Shown here piece after piece: positions 10,469 through 18,591 of a DNA stretch of 24,000 nt. The notes under the pieces were generated by a model. The model was not told the DNA's origin. It ran no database searches and worked only from the letters and a program-made list of their open reading frames with translations. Positions within the stretch are counted from its first letter, which is position 1. Every line of letters starts with the position of its first letter. The position numbers and the translations under genes are program-made. The DNA comes from Scandinavium sp. (GTDB lineage Bacteria; Pseudomonadota; Gammaproteobacteria; Enterobacterales; Enterobacteriaceae), in the NCBI RefSeq assembly GCF_036271055.1, contig NZ_DATBBJ010000099.1, forward strand, positions 51,216 through 75,215, read 5' to 3'.

Positions 10469-10472
10469 GAAA

Positions 10473-10554
10473 GCCGGGTGGCGATTGCGCCTGACCCGGC
10501 TTACGTTTTTCCGTGATCGTGTAGTGCCCGGTAAGGCTTAGCCGCTACCGGGCA
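10473..10554. repeat. pair of REP-like extragenic palindromes in opposite orientation (BIME-like)
   Basis: gccgggtggcgattgcgcctgacccggcttac (10473-10504; arms GCCGGGT/ACCCGGC) and gtagtgcccggtaaggcttagccgctaccgggca (10521-10554; arms TGCCCGGTA/TACCGGGCA). These resemble the E. coli REP consensus with CTAC/GTAG tails. Confidence 0.6.
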
Positions 10555-10562
10555 ACAAGCTA

Positions 10563-11000
10563 TTACTCGTCTTCTTCGTCACGCAGTGGAACAATCAGCA
10601 TATCCACATGTACGGTGTTAATCAGCTGGCGAGCCGAAGACATCAGCTTGCTCCAGAAATCCTGATGATGACCGCAAACCACCAAATCCATATCGTATTT
10701 CTTGATGGCATCAACCAGCACCTGGCCCAAATCACCGCTGCCACTCAGGGTTTCGGTGATCGGATACCCGGCGTTAGTGGAAAGCTCACTCAACGCGTGA
10801 TGAGTTTCTTCCGAGATGCGTTTCTGCATATCACCCAGATTGACATCAATCAGGCCGGTATAGAGATCGGAGTAGTTCACATCGACATGAATCAGGGAAA
10901 CTTTCGCGTTATACGGGCGCGCCATCGAGACTGCTTTATCTACCAGCATTTTGCTTTCCGGCGACAGATCGACCGCGATAAGAATGTGTTTGTAAGCCAT
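10563..11000 (-). CDS. uspA: universal stress protein A
   Basis: [17 protein letters not shown]...[36 protein letters not shown]; essentially the E. coli UspA sequence. Confidence 0.96.
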   Translation of the reverse strand: MAYKHILIAVDLSPESKMLVDKAVSMARPYNAKVSLIHVDVNYSDLYTGLIDVNLGDMQKRISEETHHALSELSTNAGYPITETLSGSGDLGQVLVDAIKKYDMDLVVCGHHQDFWSKLMSSARQLINTVHVDMLIVPLRDEEDE

Positions 11001-11302
11001 AGTGTTACTCCTTCCTTAAGTCTGTGGTTACTCGTTAAGTATAGTCAACTCAACCTTAAAACGACCCTTAAGTTACGTCAATGACCCTTTATCACCAATT
11101 AGTTAAACAAATCTTTGCGCTTTTGCTATTGATTACGATTAAGGATGTGGCAAAAAAATCAGCGGATCTCCTACACTATTAAAAGAGTCGGTCGGCGAAG
11201 TTAATGTGATCGGTCTCTCACTCTTTCACTGACTGTCTGATGAGTTTCGGGGTGCGGTAGTCCTGGAGGGAGTCTCCGTGGGCGGGTCGCCGGGGAGGAG
11301 GT

Positions 11303-11638
11303 ATGGTAAGCACTGTCGCGCTGTTTTGGGCTTTGTGCATCGTGTGTGTGGTGAATATGGCGCGCTACTTCTCATCATTGCGCGCCCTGCTGGTGGTGCT
11401 GCGTGGTTGCGATCCCTTACTCTATCAGTATGTGGATGGCGGAGGTTTTTTCACCTCCCACGGTCAGCCTGGCAAACAGGTGCGTCTGGTGTGGTATATC
11501 TACGCGCAGCGTTATCGCGATCATCATGATGATGAGTTTATTCGCCGCTGTGAGCGTGTTCGCCGTCAGTTTGTGTTAACCAGTGCGCTGTGTGGCCTGG
11601 TGATTATCAGCATGATTGCGTTGATGATTTGGCACTGA
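11303..11638 (+). CDS. uspB: universal stress protein B (small membrane protein)
   Basis: M(V/I)[10 protein letters not shown]...[21 protein letters not shown]...IALMIWH; 111 aa; GGAGG SD upstream; divergent from uspA as in E. coli. Confidence 0.95.
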   Translation: MVSTVALFWALCIVCVVNMARYFSSLRALLVVLRGCDPLLYQYVDGGGFFTSHGQPGKQVRLVWYIYAQRYRDHHDDEFIRRCERVRRQFVLTSALCGLVIISMIALMIWH

Positions 11639-11648
11639 GTTTCGACAT

Positions 11649-11683
11649 AAAAAAACGGGTCAGTTTCCTGACCCGTTTTTGTC
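11649..11683. terminator. bidirectional rho-independent terminator shared by uspB and pitA
   Basis: A-run, then stem acgggtcag (11655-11663), loop tttc, stem ctgacccgt (11668-11676), then a T-run. It lies between convergent genes. Confidence 0.75.
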
Positions 11684-11705
11684 GTTTTCAGACGCTGACA
11701 GAGAC

Positions 11706-13202
11706 TCAGATAAGCTTCAGGCTCAGCCAATAGAGGCCGCCAGAAAGGAGAATCGCTGCAGGCAGGGTCAGAACCCATGCCATCAGAATGTTCGTCACGG
11801 TCTTGCGTTGCAGACCGCCACCGTCAACGATCATCGTACCCGCAACGGAGGACGACAGAACGTGGGTGGTTGAGACTGGCATCCCGGTATAACTCGCGAG
11901 TCCAATCGATACCGCAGCGGTCATCTGCGCGGACATGCCCTGTGCATAGGTCATGCCTTTCTTACCGATTTTCTCACCGATGGTGGTCGCCACACGACGC
12001 CAGCCAATCATCGTACCAATGCCCAGCGCCAGCGCGACAGCCATGATAATCCAGACCGGTGCGTACTCGATGGTGCTCAACATATCGGTTTTGAGTTTTT
12101 TCAGCAGACGCTTGTCGTCATTGCTGACGTCAGGCAGCTTCGCCACTTTATCGGTGGTATCGGAAATGCACAGCATGACGCGACGCATCTGGCTGCGCTG
12201 ATCGACGCTCAGCTTGTCGTAACTCTCAATGTTATCCAGCATGCCTTTCACGCGGTTCAGTGCGTTGATGGTATTTGCCGGATGACAATGGAATTCAGCA
12301 GGCTGGGTCGCACCCGGCTCTGGCGATGGAATCAACGGTTCAGCGCTGGTTACTTTTTGCAGCAGGTCAGGATGCTGCTGGAAATAGAGCTCAACGTTGT
12401 TAACCGCATCACGAGTACGGGTGATTTCGTAGCCAGAAGCGTTCATGTTGACCACAAAGCCCGCTGGTGCCACGCCAATCAGGACCAGCATCACCAGACC
12501 AATGCCTTTCTGACCGTCATTCGCGCCGTGAGAAAACGCAACGCCAATAGCCGAAATGATCAGTGCGATACGTGTCCAGAAAGGCGGCTTTTTCTTACCG
12601 TCCATCTTTTCACGTTCCGCAGGCGTCATGTGGATACGAGCCCGTTTTTTGGTGTTGCTCCAGTAGCGACGCAGCAGGAAAATCAGGCCACCGGCAACAA
12701 CCAGACCGACAATAGGCGAGACAATCAGTGAAGCGAAAATCCCAATCACTTTCGGGATATTCAGCGCGTCAACAACAGAGGTGCCGGTCATCAGTGCATT
12801 GGTTAACCCAATCCCGATAATGGCCCCGATCAGGGTGTGAGAGCTTGATGCTGGCAGGCCGAAATACCAGGTTCCGAGGTTCCAGATAATCGCCGCTAAC
12901 AGCATAGAAAAGACCATGGCGAGACCATGAGCAGAGCCCATGTTCAGCAGCAAATCCGTTGGCAGCATATGCACAATCGCATAGGCTACGCTCAGACCGC
13001 CAAGCAGCACGCCAAAGAAGTTGAAAATTGCCGCCATCGCCACCGCGAGTTGCGAACGCATCGCGCGGGTGTAGATAACGGTCGCTACTGCGTTTGCGGT
13101 GTCGTGGAAGCCATTAATCGCTTCGTAAAACAATACAAATCCCAGAGCAAGCAGTAATAAAAGCCCAGTATGTAAATCCAGGCCAGCAAACAAATGTAGC
13201 AT
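11706..13202 (-). CDS. pitA: low-affinity inorganic phosphate transporter
   Basis: [20 protein letters not shown]...[15 protein letters not shown]...; 498 aa; collinear with E. coli PitA. Confidence 0.96.
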   Translation of the reverse strand: MLHLFAGLDLHTGLLLLLALGFVLFYEAINGFHDTANAVATVIYTRAMRSQLAVAMAAIFNFFGVLLGGLSVAYAIVHMLPTDLLLNMGSAHGLAMVFSMLLAAIIWNLGTWYFGLPASSSHTLIGAIIGIGLTNALMTGTSVVDALNIPKVIGIFASLIVSPIVGLVVAGGLIFLLRRYWSNTKKRARIHMTPAEREKMDGKKKPPFWTRIALIISAIGVAFSHGANDGQKGIGLVMLVLIGVAPAGFVVNMNASGYEITRTRDAVNNVELYFQQHPDLLQKVTSAEPLIPSPEPGATQPAEFHCHPANTINALNRVKGMLDNIESYDKLSVDQRSQMRRVMLCISDTTDKVAKLPDVSNDDKRLLKKLKTDMLSTIEYAPVWIIMAVALALGIGTMIGWRRVATTIGEKIGKKGMTYAQGMSAQMTAAVSIGLASYTGMPVSTTHVLSSSVAGTMIVDGGGLQRKTVTNILMAWVLTLPAAILLSGGLYWLSLKLI

Positions 13203-13432
13203 AGGACGTTACGCCATTTTGAGGACATGAACGCGGCGCATTATCCAGGACAAACGCGGCGTGGGCAAAGAGAAATATAGACTTTTATTGATATTTCTTC
13301 ACCAACGTAAAAATAGTCTTTGGATTATTCCTATATGTTTCAAACGTATGACCCGTCATGAAAAAATTCTTACTGGTCGTACCGCAAGGGAAAATTTACA
13401 ATTCCCGACATTCAAAATGAGAGGACAGGCGT

Positions 13433-14626
13433 GTGGAAAGGTTTGATGCCATTGTTGTCGGCGCGGGCGCGGCGGGAATGTTTTGTGCAGCGCAGGCGGG
13501 ACAGGCCGGGGCGCGAGTGTTGCTTCTGGATAACGGCAAAAAGCCGGGCCGCAAGATTTTAATGTCCGGCGGTGGGCGATGTAACTTCACCAATATGTAC
13601 GTAGAACCCGCGGCGTACCTCAGTCAGAACCCGCATTTTTGCAAATCGGCGCTGGCGCGTTACACCCAGTGGGACTTTATCGATCTGGTCGGAAAATATG
13701 GCATTGCGTGGCATGAGAAGACCCTTGGCCAGTTGTTCTGCGATGATTCCGCCGAGCAAATCGTCGACATGCTGGTGTCGGAATGCGAGAAGGGCGGGGT
13801 CATCACGCGTCTGCGTACCGAGATTATCAGCGTTGAGCGCGACGAAGAGGGCTACACGCTGCAACTCAACGGCGATACGGTGGCGGCGAAAAAACTGGTG
13901 ATTGCCAGCGGCGGGTTATCGATGCCGGGCCTCGGCGCATCGCCATTCGGCTATAAGATTGCCGAGCAGTTTGGCCTGAACGTTTTGCCGACCCGCGCAG
14001 GATTGGTGCCCTTTACACTGCACAAACCGCTGCTGGAACAATTGCAGGTGCTTTCCGGCGTTTCCGTGCCATCGGTGATCACCGCCAATGATGGCACCGT
14101 ATTCCGCGAAAACCTGTTGTTCACCCACCGTGGGCTTTCAGGCCCTGCCGTGCTGCAAATTTCCAGCTTCTGGCAATCTGGTGAATTCGTCAGCATCAAT
14201 CTACTGCCAGAGTGTGATCTTGAAACGTTCCTCGATGAGCAGCGTAACGCGCACCCCAACCAGAGCCTGAAAAACACGCTGGCGATGCAGTTGCCAAAAC
14301 GTCTGGTGGAATGCCTGCAACTGCTGGGGCAAATCCCGGATGTACAACTCAAACAACTTAACAGCAAAGATCAGCAGCAGCTGGTCGACACGCTGACCAA
14401 CTGGCGCATACAGCCAAATGGCACCGAGGGATACCGCACTGCCGAAGTAACGCTGGGTGGTGTCAATACCGATGAGCTTTCCTCACGCACTATGGAAGCG
14501 CGCAAAGTACCGGGGCTTTATTTCATCGGAGAAGTGATGGACGTTACCGGCTGGCTCGGCGGCTACAACTTCCAGTGGGCATGGGCATCGGCCTGGGCGT
14601 GCGCGCAGGCGTTGGTAGAGGCGTAG
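13433..14626 (+). CDS. yhiN: HI0933-like FAD-dependent oxidoreductase
   Basis: GTG start. (M)ERFDAIVVGAGAAGMFCAAQAGQAG (GxGxxG) and ...MSGGGRCNFTN; collinear with E. coli YhiN. Confidence 0.9.
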   Translation: MERFDAIVVGAGAAGMFCAAQAGQAGARVLLLDNGKKPGRKILMSGGGRCNFTNMYVEPAAYLSQNPHFCKSALARYTQWDFIDLVGKYGIAWHEKTLGQLFCDDSAEQIVDMLVSECEKGGVITRLRTEIISVERDEEGYTLQLNGDTVAAKKLVIASGGLSMPGLGASPFGYKIAEQFGLNVLPTRAGLVPFTLHKPLLEQLQVLSGVSVPSVITANDGTVFRENLLFTHRGLSGPAVLQISSFWQSGEFVSINLLPECDLETFLDEQRNAHPNQSLKNTLAMQLPKRLVECLQLLGQIPDVQLKQLNSKDQQQLVDTLTNWRIQPNGTEGYRTAEVTLGGVNTDELSSRTMEARKVPGLYFIGEVMDVTGWLGGYNFQWAWASAWACAQALVEA

Positions 14627-14669
14627 ATCGATAATAATGTTTGTAGCTTAAGCAAAAGGTTTGTAGTTG
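14626..14669. repeat. left arm of the two-module imperfect inverted repeat bounding the 5.6 kb island
   Basis: The outer module gatcgataataatgtttgtagctt (14626-14649) matches the reverse complement of 20255-20278 at 22 of 24 positions. The inner module gtttgtagttg (14659-14669) equals the reverse complement of 20221-20231 at 11 of 11. The arm starts on the last base of the yhiN stop codon. Confidence 0.65.
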
Positions 14670-14755
14670 AAAGGCTGCTGTAGAAATAAAGATTGTTGTT
14701 AATGTGCGCTCGATTCACTTCTCGGGGTTGGCTTCAGCGAGGTGTGGTTGGCTGT

Positions 14756-14789
14756 ATAAAAAACAAACGGCACTCTATTTCAGGTGCCG
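14756..14789 (-). terminator. rho-independent terminator of the island operon (after the MFS gene)
   Basis: On the minus strand: stem acggcac, a 10-nt loop, stem gtgccgt, then TTGTTTTTT. On the plus strand the stems are at 14766-14772 and 14783-14789, with an A-rich run at 14756-14765. Confidence 0.65.
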
Positions 14790-14823
14790 TAATATGGGGA
14801 ATGTCATTGCGATTATGGCGGTG

Positions 14824-16032
14824 TTAGTATGAAGGCGCCGAGCCAGTCAGCCTACTTAACTCCGCAATGCGGAGTTGACGATATGCCAGCACTGTTGAAT
14901 ACAGCGCGAGAAGACAGCAAAGGAAGGCGAAAATAAAAATTGCGGGGTAACCGAAGATGGAGACGATAACTCCGCCAACCAGACCTGAAATGAGGATCCC
15001 TATATCAAAGCAGGATTCATAGGTGCTCAGTGCAAGCCCAATGTTTTCATCAGGCATGCTCTTGATTGCCGGCAATGCCAGTAGCGGATAGACCATAGAC
15101 AGACCGAATCCTGTCATAAACGAGCCCAGCATTGCCATCCATGGGCTTGATGCTAGCCCAATCATCAGGAGCCCTACCGCCTCGATGCAGAGTGAAAACA
15201 AGGTCAGTTTTAGCCCGGAACTGTCGGCTTTCCATCCGAGTGTAAGCCTAGAAAGAACGTATCCTACTCCAAAAAGCGAAATGGCAATAGCGGCCTGCTT
15301 ATCCCAGTCATTTTGCATAAAAAACAGTACCAGAAAACCAGTGATAGAGGCATATCCAATATTCGCCAGTGAAAAACCAGAACCAGCTTTCCAGACGCGT
15401 GTAATAGCGTAAGCAAGGGTGACATGGCTTCTGGAGGGAGAGACAGATACGGGTTTAACTAGCATGACAACGATAAAGCCCAGCAGGGGCAATATTGTCA
15501 TGATTAATGCGGAGATATTCAGACCTGAATGGGCATAGAACCATGTCCCCCCGAAATTCCCGATTGCAAGTCCCAGGAACATGGCAATCCCCACCCAGGA
15601 CATGATTTTCCCTGCATGAGCCTTTCCAACCAGTCCGATTGGCCAAGTTCCACTGCAGGTGAATATCAGACTTTCCCCGATCCCCATCAGTACCCGTGAA
15701 AACAGGATCACGCCGTAAGCTGTGTGAGACGGAGCAATAAACGTAAATGTCAACCAGCACAATAAACCGGCAGAGACCGTAAGAGATAGCCCCAGCGTCA
15801 TCCCTTTTCTTGGGCCTTGGTTGTCAGAATAGCGGCCAGCGAAGGCTCTGGAGACGAGTGTAGCCACGGACTCTGTCGCGATCACAAGCCCGACAAAAAA
15901 CGCCGAATATCCGGCGATTTTATTGATATACAAAGGAAGGATGGCAAGAGATAGCCCAAGGCTGATAATGGCCAGAAAAAGTATTCCAGCCACGAGGGTA
16001 GCAGCGATTAAATTATTCTGGATTTTGTACAT
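14824..16032 (-). CDS. MFS transporter (about 12 TMS, AraJ/YdhP/NepI-like)
   Basis: Hydrophobic throughout. MFS motif A is GRYSDNQGPRKGM. I prefer the ATG at 16032, with AGGA 8 nt upstream. The ORF extends to 16056. It overlaps the upstream formyltransferase gene by 20 nt. Confidence 0.85.
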   Translation of the reverse strand: MYKIQNNLIAATLVAGILFLAIISLGLSLAILPLYINKIAGYSAFFVGLVIATESVATLVSRAFAGRYSDNQGPRKGMTLGLSLTVSAGLLCWLTFTFIAPSHTAYGVILFSRVLMGIGESLIFTCSGTWPIGLVGKAHAGKIMSWVGIAMFLGLAIGNFGGTWFYAHSGLNISALIMTILPLLGFIVVMLVKPVSVSPSRSHVTLAYAITRVWKAGSGFSLANIGYASITGFLVLFFMQNDWDKQAAIAISLFGVGYVLSRLTLGWKADSSGLKLTLFSLCIEAVGLLMIGLASSPWMAMLGSFMTGFGLSMVYPLLALPAIKSMPDENIGLALSTYESCFDIGILISGLVGGVIVSIFGYPAIFIFAFLCCLLALYSTVLAYRQLRIAELSRLTGSAPSY

Positions 16033-16642
16033 GCATATAATCCTTATATACGACACGGGATTCGGACAATGTTATCTTTCCGTTCAAGAAGGCAAGTGCC
16101 GCACGATAAATCATCTTCTGTTCCACTTCAATAATTGCCTGCCGAAGATCACTTTCCGTCATTCCATTGGTAATCCTGACTGGCTCCTGATCAATAATGG
16201 GCCCCGCATCCACTTCCTCATTAATGAAATGCAGTGTGGCTCCGGTGACACGCAACCCCATATTCAAGGCTTTTTGCTGAGCTTTGTCTCCGGGCAAAGC
16301 AGGCAGTAAGGAAGGATGCGTGTTCATGGTTTTATGGCCAAACTCCATGGAGAATTCTTTAGTGAAAATACGTCTGAATCCACCCAGAATCACCAGATCT
16401 ATCTGGTTTTTTCGTAAGATATCGGCGATATGCTCATCAAACGCATGACGTGAATCGAAATTTTTATGATCGATGACCTTAACTTTTCTTCCTGAAAAAT
16501 TGGGGTTAGAGACCGAAGTAAACTCGCGGTTGTTAGTGATAATCACGCTCAGTTCGGCAGCGGTCTGACTGTGTTGCACTGCACGGATAGCGGATTGAAT
16601 AAGGGTTCCTCGCCCTGAAAACAGAAAGGCTATTTTTTTCAT
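16013..16642 (-). CDS. PurN-like folate-dependent formyltransferase (stand-alone, about 209 aa)
   Basis: Collinear with remembered E. coli PurN: FLFSGRGTLIQ (vs LISGNGSNLQ), VILGGFRRI (vs VLAGFMRIL), MNTHPSLLP (vs LNIHPSLLP; Asn and His conserved), EEVDAGPII (vs DELDGGPVI; Asp conserved). Its start overlaps the upstream stop as ATGA (16639-16642). Confidence 0.85.
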   Translation of the reverse strand: MKKIAFLFSGRGTLIQSAIRAVQHSQTAAELSVIITNNREFTSVSNPNFSGRKVKVIDHKNFDSRHAFDEHIADILRKNQIDLVILGGFRRIFTKEFSMEFGHKTMNTHPSLLPALPGDKAQQKALNMGLRVTGATLHFINEEVDAGPIIDQEPVRITNGMTESDLRQAIIEVEQKMIYRAALAFLNGKITLSESRVVYKDYMHVQNPE

Positions 16643-17928
16643 AGTCTGACCTGTGCTCTTAACATTTCATATTCAGTATCATTCAATTCAATATCGACAT
16701 TCACAAACCGACCGTCGATAATAATATTTTCTCCGTTGATCATTACACGCGAAGGACTTTCGCTGTTTAACAATTTGAGAAGCGATACAGGGGTATTAAT
16801 GTAGTCAGTATCAATTTTCGATTTCTCAAAAAGGATCAGATCAGCTTTGTAACCACTTTCTAGTTTGCCAACATTATTCAGGCCCAGTGTTTTGGCTCCG
16901 CCTTCGGTCAGAAAATATAGCAATTTGGCCGCAGACACTTTTTTGCTAAAATCCGTATCTCCATGGTGATATAACGCAAAAAGTGCATCAGATGTCAGGT
17001 TATTGCCCGGATTGACCATTGCCGCATCAGTACCCAGACCGATATTGACATCACTCATCAGGGCTGAGACAGGAAAGGTGCCTGCCCCGACAAAGCTGTT
17101 ACTGACGGGGCAATGAATTATCTGAGCACCACTATTCTTAAGTACAGAAATGTCGTCTTCGGAAAGATGGCTACAGTGAACAAGTGCAGTATGCCGATCA
17201 AGGATCTTTAATTCCGCTAAGCGCTGGATACCACTTTTTCCATACTTAGCACTGTGCAGATCAACCTGTATTTTCCCTTCATGCGCATGCAGGAACAGTC
17301 TGGTTCGGGTGTGACGTGCTGCTTTATGCAGAGCCAAAAGTAGTGCATCGTCGGCCGATAGTTCGGAGGCCGTAGCCGGGCTCACTGATACAAGAGAGTC
17401 TTGGTAAGAAGAAAGCGCTGCATAAAAATTATCACAGGCCACATCCACGGTACTGCGCTGTGGGCTCTGACCTTTCCCTGCCCACATGTTGCTCTGGCAA
17501 AAATTGACCACACAGCGACACCCTGTGAGTCTGGCGGCCAGGACGTCATTCTCAGCACGACTGGTAAACAGTCCAAATGTCGTCACGCCCTTTTTTATTC
17601 CAGAGGACAGCGCCTTTAGGGCCGCGATATACTGTCCCTGAGGTGACTCCAGCTCATTATTTTTATGTACAGAATCCAGCACCATATCAATCGGTGAGGC
17701 ATCAAGAATGCTGCAATGAATTTCTTTACTGGGATGAAGGTGGGCATTGACTAGCCCCGGGAAAGCAATAAGCTGGCTGGCTTCGACGATTGCTGTTTCA
17801 CTGCAGACGACCAAATCTCTCCCAATCTCAACGATGGTGTCGTCTTCGATATAGATGTCACCGCTAATGAGCAACATAGGGACCACATCAAGATATTTTA
17901 TCCCTTTAAACAGGATCTTCGTTTTCAT
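16639..17928 (-). CDS. ATZ/TRZ-type metal-dependent amidohydrolase, nucleobase/nucleoside deaminase-like
   Basis: PGLVNAHLHP (HxH), LHAHEG (His plus catalytic-type Glu), VHCSHL and GTDAA (Asp) occur in the canonical order. I prefer the start MKTKILFKG at 17928. The ORF extends to 17979. Confidence 0.85.
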   Translation of the reverse strand: MKTKILFKGIKYLDVVPMLLISGDIYIEDDTIVEIGRDLVVCSETAIVEASQLIAFPGLVNAHLHPSKEIHCSILDASPIDMVLDSVHKNNELESPQGQYIAALKALSSGIKKGVTTFGLFTSRAENDVLAARLTGCRCVVNFCQSNMWAGKGQSPQRSTVDVACDNFYAALSSYQDSLVSVSPATASELSADDALLLALHKAARHTRTRLFLHAHEGKIQVDLHSAKYGKSGIQRLAELKILDRHTALVHCSHLSEDDISVLKNSGAQIIHCPVSNSFVGAGTFPVSALMSDVNIGLGTDAAMVNPGNNLTSDALFALYHHGDTDFSKKVSAAKLLYFLTEGGAKTLGLNNVGKLESGYKADLILFEKSKIDTDYINTPVSLLKLLNSESPSRVMINGENIIIDGRFVNVDIELNDTEYEMLRAQVRL

Positions 17929-18027
17929 AATGGCTCTCTGTTTGCTGGTACAGGACAGTGGCACCTGGAGTCTGTTCATACAGACCTGTATGCCAGCCTC
18001 CTTCCTGTTAAATAAAAGTGCTGATAC

Positions 18028-18591
18028 TTATAATTTCAGGGCTTTTTGTTCGGCAATCATAGATCCAAATGCGCAACGCAGCGCTGTGCTGAATTCATCT
18101 GACCGGGTATACATCCCTCCCGTCAGGACGCCGTTCGTTCCCAACCGTTCCAGTTCCTGCCGAGAGATGGATGCAAATTTTTCCAGTACCAGATCGGAAA
18201 GCTTCAGGTTGCGTGAAAGGCCAACGGCGACGTCGGCTGGGAGCATGATCTTACCGCTGCAGCCGTAATACATTCTGCCGTCAGCGATATTTTTCAGGAC
18301 TGCCCATCCATAAAGAAAGGTCCCGTAGGATGTTTTTTCAGTAAGCCCCTCCAGAGCAATGACTACGTCAACTTCTCCTCCCAGCTTGGCTTCGAGGTTT
18401 TCAATCCGGCGGTGGCAGCCTGCCAAGGCTTCTTCATCGGTGTCAGGTGTTTCACTGACCCCGGAAGAGATGGCATAACATCTCAGTGAGAAATTATGGA
18501 ACGCCTGGCTGCATATTTCTTTTGTCGCTTTTATTTTTGCACTATTTTCAGAACATAAAGCGATAAGGGGGTGATTATTCGGCATGCGCAT
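18028..18591 (-). CDS. DUF84 / YjjX-like non-canonical NTP phosphatase homologue
   Basis: Collinear with remembered E. coli YjjX: CSENSAKIKA (vs ATTNPAKIQA), SSGVSETPDTDEEALAGCHRRIENL (vs [25 protein letters not shown]), GTNGVLTGGMYTRSDEF (vs GAIGVFTAGKLTRASVY). The start is ambiguous (ATG at 18591 or 18585; the ORF extends to 18663). Either start overlaps the upstream gene's 3' end. Confidence 0.75.
   Translation of the reverse strand: MRMPNNHPLIALCSENSAKIKATKEICSQAFHNFSLRCYAISSGVSETPDTDEEALAGCHRRIENLEAKLGGEVDVVIALEGLTEKTSYGTFLYGWAVLKNIADGRMYYGCSGKIMLPADVAVGLSRNLKLSDLVLEKFASISRQELERLGTNGVLTGGMYTRSDEFSTALRCAFGSMIAEQKALKL

Noticed and set aside
11278-11529. 83-aa ORF overlapping the uspB 5' region in another frame.
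   Set aside because: uspB (11303-11638) is unambiguous by sequence identity, so the overlapping frame is spurious.
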